64,000 bases of DNA from a virus, in the IMG/VR virus record IMGVR_UViG_3300036761_001580, positions 5,198-69,197 of that record. One strand, written 5' to 3'. Positions 53,401-61,926 of this stretch are shown here, piece after piece (position 1 is the stretch's first letter; each line of letters starts with the position of its first letter). The position numbers and the translations under genes are program-made. The notes beneath the pieces are model-generated. The model saw nothing but the letters and a program-made list of their open reading frames with translations. It did not search any database and had not been told where the DNA came from.

Positions 53401-53757
53401 ACTGACGCACGGTTCGAGGAGCTGCTGGAGGCGTTCGAGGCTGCGGCGATGGACCTGAATAGCGAGCCGTGTCTCAGCACGTCCTATCGAGGGTACGCCG
53501 AGACGAAACGCGCCGCCCGCGCCGCCCTCGTCGCGTACTTCGAGGAGCGTGTGACGACGGTCATGGAACGTCTCGATGTGATGCGCGACGGACTGGAAAA
53601 TGGGATGCAAGAAAACGAAGACGGAACCTACACCGTGATCTGGACGAAACGGCAGTTAGAGACAGCCAAGAAAGAGGCGAAACGGTTGTACGATAAACTG
53701 TTTGCAGAACCCGACGAGTTGCCTACTGTCGGAGCAATGGGGCACGGCCATGACTAG
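53398..53757 (+). CDS. Hypothetical protein
   Basis: 119-aa ORF. Confidence 0.35.
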   Translation: MTDARFEELLEAFEAAAMDLNSEPCLSTSYRGYAETKRAARAALVAYFEERVTTVMERLDVMRDGLENGMQENEDGTYTVIWTKRQLETAKKEAKRLYDKLFAEPDELPTVGAMGHGHD

Positions 53758-54223
53758 CGAAACGACCCCCGACATCGCGCCCCGCATCGTGGACGGGGAG
53801 CCGGTGTGCAGCGGGAGTGAGTGCTCGGCATGGGAGGGTGATAGGCACCCCGAAACTGAAAAACGATCAGAAGTTTGTGGCGGGTGTTCAGCGATGTTGA
53901 TTGGTCGAAACTATGACTCCGCTGTTGTTGCGAGTTCCGTGTGTCCTCCCGGCCTCCGCGCGCAGCGTGACGCGCTACAGGCAGAGAGAGACGCGGCGTT
54001 CACGGCGGGCGCTGGGGAGATGGCGAGACTGGTACACGATGAGATGGAACGTTGCATCGGAAAAGCGCGGAAGGCAAAGGAGATTACGCGCACGGCCCGA
54101 CTCCGGTGTGAAATGGGTGCTGTGGTCGGCTGGATCGCGACATTGCAAGAGGAAATGTTCATAAATCCTGAGACGCGGCTGCGCGCCTCCCTTCCCGCGC
54201 AGATCGTGGACGAGGAGACCTGA
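53750..54223 (+). CDS. Hypothetical Cys-rich protein
   Basis: Start MTSETTPD. Confidence 0.3.
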   Translation: MTSETTPDIAPRIVDGEPVCSGSECSAWEGDRHPETEKRSEVCGGCSAMLIGRNYDSAVVASSVCPPGLRAQRDALQAERDAAFTAGAGEMARLVHDEMERCIGKARKAKEITRTARLRCEMGAVVGWIATLQEEMFINPETRLRASLPAQIVDEET

Positions 54224-54224
54224 G

Positions 54225-54662
54225 ATGGTATCCGCCGAGCTACGAGAAATCATCAGTTGCGGTGACTGCACTGAACGCGAGTGTGATGGTATCAGCTGCT
54301 TGAGGAGCAAGGTCTCCAAGCTCGAAGACGAGCTGGAGCGCCTGAAGCTCTACGAGTCCGAGCACGAGCGCCTCAAGAGCGAGCTGAACCGGATCCTCCA
54401 CCCGAACGGCGACGGGCCCAAGGCCCCGAGCTTCTGCGATCTCGTCGCCTACGTCGAGTTCGACTTCAGGAAGCTCAAGGACTACAACAAGGCCCTCGTC
54501 GAAAACCTGGAGCCCATGATCGAGGAGGATCTGCAACGGATACTGGGACATCCCGCTCGGGTCGAGCGGGTGGCAAACTTGCTGTGTCGAAGCGTGCCAC
54601 CGTGCGAAATGCACATCGACCAGGCCAGACGTGTTCTCGCCGCCGCCGACAGAGAGGACTGA
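54225..54662 (+). CDS. Hypothetical protein
   Basis: 145-aa ORF. Confidence 0.35.
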   Translation: MVSAELREIISCGDCTERECDGISCLRSKVSKLEDELERLKLYESEHERLKSELNRILHPNGDGPKAPSFCDLVAYVEFDFRKLKDYNKALVENLEPMIEEDLQRILGHPARVERVANLLCRSVPPCEMHIDQARRVLAAADRED

Positions 54663-54665
54663 ACG

Positions 54666-54911
54666 ATGGGCTTCTCAATGAAGGTACGAACCGAGACCGA
54701 CGCCGCCATTTGCCGGAGGAAAGGTTGGGTGGTTGGGACCCGCATCGTCGGCACCGAAACAGGACCCACCCAATCGTTCACAAGCACCATCGAGATCACC
54801 GCCATCGGGGTCGAGTGCATCCTGGCGAGGACAGTGCTCCCGGACGGGAAGTTCAGCCAAGAGCAGGCCTGGTCGTTGCAGTGGCGAGACTGGAAGGAGG
54901 TTCCTCGATGA
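54666..54911 (+). CDS. Hypothetical protein
   Basis: 81-aa ORF. Confidence 0.3.
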   Translation: MGFSMKVRTETDAAICRRKGWVVGTRIVGTETGPTQSFTSTIEITAIGVECILARTVLPDGKFSQEQAWSLQWRDWKEVPR

Positions 54912-55609
54912 GAGCACCCTGCAAGAACTACAATGCCTACGACGTGAACTGCGTCAATTGCCCTGTAGAAGTCGACCCGGACTGCGACAGGTTCGAGTCT
55001 CTCGACAAGAAGGCACCTCAGGACACCTCAGGACCTTGTCGGGAGTGCGGCAGTGTTGCCCACAGCACCGCAGCGCACCCCTTCCAGGAGGGCGACACAG
55101 CCCCGAAGAGGGACCCCTTGGCGAAGGCCTGGAAGTTCCTGCTGCGCCGGCACGACGGCCACCCGGATCAGCTGTGGGTTACAAAGAACGGCGATCTGGG
55201 AACCAAACAGCTCTACACCGACATCTTCGTCGGCACCGAGGAGCAGGCCGGGAGGGAGAGGACCCGCCGGGAGGACAAGCACGACGAGAAGGTCATGCTG
55301 TACGGAGTCATCCCTGGGATCGTCTGCCTGGAGGAGATGACCCCCACCTACGGATCCCCCGAGCCTGCTCCCGATCCCCCTCTCGCGGTCGGCCAGCTTC
55401 CGGTGCTCACCCTCGGAGAGCGGTTGGTCTGGGCGGCGGAGTTCTCCGCGTCGGCACGGTGGAACCGGAGCCTGGATCCCCTTCTGCGCCAGAAGTGCGC
55501 CCTGGAGGATGCCTTGGAGGCGGTGCTCTTCATGCGCAGGACCGCGGGGAACAACCCTCTCGGAGACAGCCAAGCTGCAATGATGCTCCACGACATGCTG
55601 AAAGAGTGA
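54908..55609 (+). CDS. Hypothetical protein with N-terminal Cys cluster
   Basis: Start MRAPCKNYNAYDVNCVNCP (ATGA coupling). The upstream part of ORF-track 54584..55609 is junk. Confidence 0.4.
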   Translation: MRAPCKNYNAYDVNCVNCPVEVDPDCDRFESLDKKAPQDTSGPCRECGSVAHSTAAHPFQEGDTAPKRDPLAKAWKFLLRRHDGHPDQLWVTKNGDLGTKQLYTDIFVGTEEQAGRERTRREDKHDEKVMLYGVIPGIVCLEEMTPTYGSPEPAPDPPLAVGQLPVLTLGERLVWAAEFSASARWNRSLDPLLRQKCALEDALEAVLFMRRTAGNNPLGDSQAAMMLHDMLKE

Positions 55610-55612
55610 CCC

Positions 55613-56689
55613 ATGTCAAAAAGATTCCCGATCATGAGCGGCCCGTCGATCCCTTGGGAGATGATCTCCCCCTACGAGGGACAGGCCCTGACGAACCACC
55701 AGCAGTCCCTGGAGGAGCTGGCCCGCCGCGGGGGTCTCGACCCGGCCGAGGCCCTGGCCGTGCTCTCCTGCCTGAAATGGAGAGACTCTCCGTGGAGTAA
55801 TCCGGTGGTCCGCAACTCGCCGGCCCCTCTGGAGGAGCTGGAGCGGCGCAGAGTCGAGTTCGAAGGTCCCCGAGAGAGGATCGCCCAGCTCGAAGCAGCC
55901 CTCCGAGACAAGGACCTGGCGCTGGCGGAGACCGGAGCGCTGGTGCTGAACCACGAGGGGCACCTCGCACGACTCGACGCCGAGCTGGAGAAGCTGACCG
56001 AACGCTTCGACGACTCCGAGGCCGAGAACGGGAACCTTGGCGAGGAGTGCGGCAGGCTGGAGGAGCAGAACGAGCGCCTCCTCAAGTACGAGGCCCAGTG
56101 CAACGTCCTCTCTCAGAAGTTCTGCAAGCACGCGATCTCGGAAGGAGTCCCCGCGGCGATTGCACACATCAAGGATCTCGAATCCAGGAATAACGCGCAG
56201 GCAGAAGAGATCGTGCGGTCGAGGAAGGAAATCACCAAGTTCCGGGATCGGGACGAGGAGCTGGGTGAGCAGGTCTTGATGGATTGGCGCGGACTGCGCG
56301 CCAAGCTGGCCGCGGCGCAGGAGGAGGCCATCCAAGGTCGTCACGCCGAACGGTGGGCGAGCGCTGCGATGGTCTACCTCGCCGGCAAGATCTCGACGCC
56401 CGAGAAGATCTCCCCCGAGTGGATACAGGAAGCGCTCAAGCACGCCGAGACGCTCCTCACGGGGCTGGACGGGGAGGCATGCGAGCAGTGGAGGGCGGCG
56501 CAGGCAGCGTTCCTCGCCGCCGCCAGCGAGGAGGCCGTGCAGGCTTTCGCGGACAAGGTTCAGAAGTTCTGCGTCGAGAGGCACGGGTTCGGGGCTGTTT
56601 ACGAATTCGTCAGCGATCTCATGTCGGGATCTTTAAACCCTCCCGCTGGTATTGCAACTTCATCACCTTCACGCCGTCGGGATCCTTAA
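55613..56689 (+). CDS. Coiled-coil protein whose 3' end runs into the first CRISPR repeats
   Basis: 358-aa. Last ~22 codons (DLMSGSLNPPAGIATSSPSRRRDP) are encoded by repeat 1, spacer 1 and repeat 2. Confidence 0.4.
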   Translation: MSKRFPIMSGPSIPWEMISPYEGQALTNHQQSLEELARRGGLDPAEALAVLSCLKWRDSPWSNPVVRNSPAPLEELERRRVEFEGPRERIAQLEAALRDKDLALAETGALVLNHEGHLARLDAELEKLTERFDDSEAENGNLGEECGRLEEQNERLLKYEAQCNVLSQKFCKHAISEGVPAAIAHIKDLESRNNAQAEEIVRSRKEITKFRDRDEELGEQVLMDWRGLRAKLAAAQEEAIQGRHAERWASAAMVYLAGKISTPEKISPEWIQEALKHAETLLTGLDGEACEQWRAAQAAFLAAASEEAVQAFADKVQKFCVERHGFGAVYEFVSDLMSGSLNPPAGIATSSPSRRRDP

Positions 56690-59067
56690 ACCGCCCCGCT
56701 GGTGCTGCAACCCTCTTCCCCCGGCACCTCATCGATCTCGGTCATCTTGTCGGGACTCCTAAGCCGTCCCGCAGGCACTGCAACAGCTGAAGAGCCCACC
56801 TCGTGTCAACGTCGTGTGTCGGGATTCCTAAGCCTTCCCGCAGGCATTGCAACTTGAGAATTGAAGAGGGTGTGATCCTGTTGTATCCCATGTCGGGATT
56901 CCTAAGCCTTCCCGCAGGCATTGCGACTCAACCGCCGAAGATAGGTTCTCCCTAACACGCCTCAGGTCGGGACTCCTAAGCCTTCCCGCAGGCACTGCAA
57001 CAGACCACTTCATGCCACGCACCACTGGCGGAGTCGGGAACTCTAAACCATCCCGCAGGCATTGAGATAGTCTTTCTGGCACAGTAAACGGAGGGTCCAT
57101 GCGGTCGGGGCTTCTAGTCACCCCGCAGGCATTGCAACTCCATCGGCAGAGATGACCACGACGAGTACAGGTGTCGGGAATCCTAAGACTTCCCGCTGGA
57201 ACTGCAACGAATACCTTCCTGCGGTCGTGACGCGAATCTGCCTTGTCGGGACTCCTAAACCGTCCCGCAGGTACTGCAATTTCCTCTAGGGACGCGCCTG
57301 CGGTCAGGCCATCTCGTGTCGGGAGTCCTAAACCCTCCCGCAGGCACTGCGACTGACACCTCGTCGGAGTACGACTACGCTCTCATTGCAGTCGGGACTT
57401 CTAAGCCCTCCCGCGGGCATTGCGGTTCACGAGGCACGTCGGGACTCCTAAGCCTTCCCGCAGGCGTTATGACCATGGCAAAGTGCGTGGTCGTCGGGAC
57501 TCCTAAGCCATCCCGCAGGCATTGAAACGATCTCGATGACGTGGCTCTGGAGGGCCGGGCGGCTGTCGGGACCTTTAAGCCGTCCCGCAGGCGTTAAAAC
57601 GCAGCCGACTCAGACAGCTTACACCCGCTGACTTTCCCGTCGAGACTCCTAAACCGTCCCGCAGGTACTGCGACTGGAACATCTGACACCCTTCACTGTA
57701 TGAGGCCGCGGTCGGGACTTCTAAGCCGTCCCGCAGGCGTTGAAACTCACCAGACCGTGCTCTCCGGGTCGAGATTCCTAAGCCATCCCGCAGGCGTTGA
57801 AACGGGGCTACCGTAGGGTCACCCGTTGGGGGGGGGGACCCCGTCGAGACTCCTAAGCCGTCTCGCAGGCGTTGAAACAGCTGATGGCCACTCCTTGCGC
57901 ACCCATCACCCCCCGTCGAGACTCCTAAGCCGTCTCGCAGGCGTTGAAACATCACCTCCACGCGCCGAGACGCTCAGCCGCTTCGCGGTCGAGACTCCTA
58001 AGCCGTCTCGCAGGCGTTGAAACTTCGTCGGAAAAGCCGAATTCGACCAGCCTCTTAACGTCGAGACTCCTAAGCCGTCTCGCAGGCGTTGAAACAGATC
58101 TGTGGGCCGGTCCAATTTCACAGCGTATGCGTCGTCGAGAGTCCTAAGCCCTCCCGCAGGCACTGCGACTAGTACTCCGCCACGGTCGAGACTCCTAAGC
58201 CGCCTCGCAGGCGTTGAAACAACTTCTTGGCCTTCACCTTCTCGCCGATCAGGTTGAGGTCGAGACTCCTAAGCCGTCTCGCAGGCGTTGAAACAATGGA
58301 TCGCTACGGGATCTCTTTCCCAGAGGCGGCCGTCGAGACTCCTAAGCCGTCTCGCAGGCGTTGAAACTTCATGGTTGATCAGTGGAAAAAATGGGAAAAG
58401 ATCTGGTCGAGACTCCTAAGCCGTCCCGCAGGAACTGCACCATCTTGGACCTCTTCGCGGAGTTCAGGTGCACCACGTCGGGGATCTTAAGCCTCCCCGC
58501 AGGCACTGTGACTAGGCCCTAAGGTACGCCTCGTCGGGAGTCCTAAACCCTCCCGCGGGCACTGCAACGAGTTGGGGGCCGGCGATGACCAAGGCCAAGG
58601 TCGGGAGTCCTTAAACCCTCCCGCGGGCACTGCGACACAGCATCTGCTACCCGGTCAAGCTCTCACCCGAGTGGTCGGGAATCCTAAGCCTTCCCGCAGG
58701 AACTGCACCTCCTCATGGCGAGGGGGCGAGCATGGCGGCGCGATGTCGGGAGTCTTACGCCCTCCCGCAGGCACTGCGACCTGATCTCTCTCATCCCATG
58801 GTCCAGATGCTCCAGGGGTCGGGAGTCATAACCCTCCCGCGGGCACTGCGACAGAGAATTCCGACGATGGTCCAACACTACTCGACATGTCGGGAGTCCT
58901 AAGCTCTCCCCGCAGGCACTGCAACGACGACGGGAAGGTCTTCCCGGCGCGGAACTCCTCGTTGGGATCCTTAGGCCATCCCACAGGCACTGCGACAACC
59001 CGCTACAGGGGGTCGGTCTGCTCAGGGAGAAGTTGGGATCCTTAGGCCATCCCACAGGCACTGCAAC
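56623..59067. CRISPR. CRISPR array, 36 repeats of 35-37 bp, 35 spacers (11-39 bp), four repeat families
   Basis: Family A (R19-22, R25, R26 identical) GTCGAGACTCCTAAGCCGTCTCGCAGGCGTTGAAAC. Family B GTCGGGACTCCTAAGCCGTCCCGCAGGCACTGCAAC. Family C GTCGGGAGTCCTAAACCCTCCCGCAGGCACTGCGAC. Family D (R35, R36) GTTGGGATCCTTAGGCCATCCCACAGGCACTGCGAC. Spacers are unique. The 6-bp stem covaries (CGAGAC/GTCTCG, CGGGAC/GTCCCG, CGGGAG/CTCCCG, TGGGAT/ATCCCA). Likely transcribed on the minus strand with the adjacent cas12-like gene, but orientation is unproven. Confidence 0.9.
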
Positions 59068-59108
59068 AGCAGCTCTGAAATCTTCCAAATTGTCAAAGAG
59101 CTACAGGC

Positions 59109-60941
59109 TCACGCGCGAGCGGCCTCGTGGTGCCGGCCGCGCTGGGCCCACTTCGCTGGTCTTTTCACGACAGGTTCTTCACTGTCATCGGGGCTCTCGC
59201 GGAACAGCTTCATGATGTTCTTGGTCGCGTTCGCATCCTGATCGAACACCACTCCGCACCCCTCACACTGATGATCCACCTGCGGGGCGGCATCCCACCG
59301 GCCTTCGAACCCGCACTCGAAATGGATCTGCGTCGTCATGGCCGGATCCACCTTGACCACCCGGCCGCCGCGGCTGACGAACGCCTGGATCAAGCAGTTT
59401 CTCAGATCCGAACACGCCGCATCCTTCTGCTGCAACCTTGCCGCAGCGATCTCCACCTCTTCACTCTCCGGAGGCTTGTGCACCTGCGTCTTCCGGAGAT
59501 CGAAGTCCTCGATGACCAGGACGGAGTAGCGCCTCGCCAGCTCCGCTCCGAGAACACGGTACTGGTCCTTCCGGCGGCGCAGGGACTTCTTCCGCTGGTG
59601 CTCCTGCCACTGCCACAGGTGTCGGTCTCCGCCATCGTAGCGCCCGAGGTCCCCGCGCCACGCCCCTTGGTGCCAGGCGCGCAGCACCTCGAACCCCACC
59701 TCGTCGTCCATCCAGCGCTCCGCCCCCCAGCGCTTCAGCAGCGCCACGAAGCGCCCGGGGGCCCTCCACTTCGAGAAGTGGCGGATCTCCTCGACCATCG
59801 GAGCCGGCATCATCCCGGTGTGCGCCTCCAGCCAAGGACCCAGACGCGCCATCATCTCGTTCATGGCCTTGGAGCGGATCGACTCCAGGTCTTCCACCTT
59901 TCTCAGGCCAGACAGCACCCCAGGGTCGATGCGCACCTCACGCTCGTGCCCCTCGTCGTCTCGCAGGTAGGAAACCCGCACGCCGCCGTCCTCCAGGAGC
60001 CTCCAACCGATGTCGACCGCCACAGCCCCACTCCCGCACACCTCCGTGCGATTCTTAGCCCCGAAGGTCCGCGTCTCGTTGGGCACGTTCAACGTCAGGT
60101 GCAAGGACCACTGATCGTGGCTCGACACCATCTCGCGCTTCACGGTAGCCCAGACCACCGTCGAGCCTTCGGGAAGGGGGCGGTGCATCAGGATGGGCCA
60201 CTCCGCCCAGATCGGTTTCCGGTCCTCGCCCGTACCCACCCGCAGGCGCAGGACGCCGAACCGACGCTTCTGAGCGCTCTTCGAGGAACTTCGAGGCTCC
60301 TCTATCTGGAGCTGCACCCACTGGTCCGTGCAGCGAAGCACGTCGCCCACCCCGAGGATGCGGTTCTGGATATGCACCGCCACGGTACCACTGCCGTCCC
60401 AGCGACGAAAACGCGGGTTGTTGGGCTTCCCGTACCTCCAGAGAGGCATCTTCTTCGAGGCATCTACAGCGGCTTCAACCTGCTGGTAGGTGCCCCACGG
60501 GACCCCACAGATGGCCCGGGCTGCCCGTCTTTTCTCTTCTGCGCGGTTACTGATCTCCTTCATTGCCTGCGTGGTCGCCGGATTCTTCTCTCTGGCTGCT
60601 CGGGCTTCTTTGACCGCCAGCAGAGCCGCCTTCTTCTCCTCGCGCAACAGCTTCACGCGATCTCGCTGCTCTTGGGTATCCGACCGGCTGCGTGTAGACG
60701 CACGCTGCCGCTTCAACTCCTCAAGAGCCCTCGACAGCTCTGCGTCGACCGCCACGACTCTCTGCAACAGGTCAGCTATCGCGACGTCCTCCTCCGCCAA
60801 GACCTGCCTCAGAGCGTCTCGACGCTCACACTCGATCTCGATGAGGCGGTTATTGTAGCGATGCCCTAGACGCATCAGCTCGTTGATCAGCTCTACGTTT
60901 CCGGTCGGACGCCTCACACCGTACTTGGATACGATCATCAT
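59109..60941 (-). CDS. Cas12/TnpB-like RuvC nuclease (compact type V effector candidate, 610 aa)
   Basis: RuvC-I AVAVDIGWRLL, RuvC-II VLVIEDFDL, zinc finger HFECG...CEGCG, RuvC-III DQDANATKNI (TnpB/Cas12 'DxDxNAAxNI'). ~380-aa N-terminal extension as in Cas12f/j-size effectors. Stop is 41 bp from CRISPR repeat 36. RBS GGAGGG. Confidence 0.7.
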   Translation of the reverse strand: MMIVSKYGVRRPTGNVELINELMRLGHRYNNRLIEIECERRDALRQVLAEEDVAIADLLQRVVAVDAELSRALEELKRQRASTRSRSDTQEQRDRVKLLREEKKAALLAVKEARAAREKNPATTQAMKEISNRAEEKRRAARAICGVPWGTYQQVEAAVDASKKMPLWRYGKPNNPRFRRWDGSGTVAVHIQNRILGVGDVLRCTDQWVQLQIEEPRSSSKSAQKRRFGVLRLRVGTGEDRKPIWAEWPILMHRPLPEGSTVVWATVKREMVSSHDQWSLHLTLNVPNETRTFGAKNRTEVCGSGAVAVDIGWRLLEDGGVRVSYLRDDEGHEREVRIDPGVLSGLRKVEDLESIRSKAMNEMMARLGPWLEAHTGMMPAPMVEEIRHFSKWRAPGRFVALLKRWGAERWMDDEVGFEVLRAWHQGAWRGDLGRYDGGDRHLWQWQEHQRKKSLRRRKDQYRVLGAELARRYSVLVIEDFDLRKTQVHKPPESEEVEIAAARLQQKDAACSDLRNCLIQAFVSRGGRVVKVDPAMTTQIHFECGFEGRWDAAPQVDHQCEGCGVVFDQDANATKNIMKLFRESPDDSEEPVVKRPAKWAQRGRHHEAARA

Positions 60942-60996
60942 CTCTCAGGTCCCTCCTCGCTCTGCAAATCCAGTTACCATTCGGCCTAGCTGTAAC

Positions 60997-61025
60997 TATA
61001 TAGGCATGCCTGAGGGGGAAGTCAA
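60997..61025 (-). promoter_or_regulatory. Sigma70-like promoter TTGACT-N17-TATATA driving the cas12-like gene
   Basis: Minus reading cctcTTGACTtccccctcaggcatgccTATATAgtt. Confidence 0.55.
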
Positions 61026-61056
61026 GAGGGTGCACTGCGAAAACTTTTTGAGTCCC

Positions 61057-61392
61057 TCACGCCGGGAGTCGACCGAGCTTCTCGATCATGCGGGAGTAGA
61101 CGCGCAGGGACAGCTCCAAGCAGTGCCTAAAGGCATACTGCTGGTGCTCTTCCCGGGAGACCCACTCGTTGCCTGCCGGGTCCCACAGCGGGCAGCACCG
61201 GCACCCACCCCAGTTGCAGTAGTCCCTGTCGTAGAGGCTGTACCTGCCGTCCTCGATGGTCTCGGCGATCACCATCGCGACCTTGCCCCGGTCCCCATAC
61301 ACCTCCAGGAACTCCGAGTACGCCGGCCCGTTCAGCGCCGCGATCTCCTCCCAGGTCCACGGGGTCGGATCGCTGTAGTTCACCTTCTTCAT
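61057..61392 (-). CDS. Hypothetical Cys/Trp-rich protein
   Basis: 111-aa ORF. Confidence 0.35.
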   Translation of the reverse strand: MKKVNYSDPTPWTWEEIAALNGPAYSEFLEVYGDRGKVAMVIAETIEDGRYSLYDRDYCNWGGCRCCPLWDPAGNEWVSREEHQQYAFRHCLELSLRVYSRMIEKLGRLPA

Positions 61393-61547
61393 AGCCCTTG
61401 CTCCTCCAGATCCTTCAGATCGTCATCGTCCTCGTCGTAGAACTCGACGTGGTCGTCACAGGCCTCGCAGAAGTAGGTTCCTTTGTCGTCGACCGGATCC
61501 ATGTCCTCGCCGCACTCCGGGCACGGGCGCTTCTTGAGCTTCTCCAT
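61389..61547 (-). CDS. Small zinc-ribbon protein
   Basis: Start at MEKLKKRPCPECGEDMD...CEACDDH. The longer ORF-track N-terminus overlaps the upstream gene. Confidence 0.3.
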   Translation of the reverse strand: MEKLKKRPCPECGEDMDPVDDKGTYFCEACDDHVEFYDEDDDDLKDLEEQGL

Positions 61548-61822
61548 CACCAGGCCTCCCCCGCGGCGCGGATGCACCCGTCGAACTTGAAGTCCTGGAT
61601 CACGATGGTCAGGACCCGCGGCCCCTTCTGGACATACCCAATGTGGTCTCCACCCTCCTGAGGGTACACCGGCTTGATCGGCCGGGTCTCCGACACGGAC
61701 ACGGAGATCTTCGACATGTCCTCCCGTCTCCGGTACTCGTGCAGGCGTGCCACCAGGTAGTCCAGGGTCTCCAGGTTCAACGCATTGATCTCCTCTTGGG
61801 AGGGAACCTTCGGCTGCTCCAT
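61547..61822 (-). CDS. Hypothetical protein
   Basis: Start taken at MEQPKVPSQEEINAL. The N-terminal part of the ORF-track call is Arg/Thr junk. Confidence 0.3.
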   Translation of the reverse strand: MEQPKVPSQEEINALNLETLDYLVARLHEYRRREDMSKISVSVSETRPIKPVYPQEGGDHIGYVQKGPRVLTIVIQDFKFDGCIRAAGEAW

Positions 61823-61926
61823 GGGCTCCCCGGTCGTCTTGACCTCCCGCGGCTTCGTCCTAGTTGTAGTCTTCCTCCCGTACCGACCTTCACCTGTAGA
61901 CCTCGTCATCCCCTTGCTCCTTCTGG

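Noticed and set aside
56623-59067. Interpretation of the array as a simple satellite or tandem repeat unrelated to CRISPR
   Set aside because: Intervening sequences are all unique and of spacer-like length. Repeats form a conserved hairpin with covariation, and a Cas12/TnpB-like gene is adjacent.
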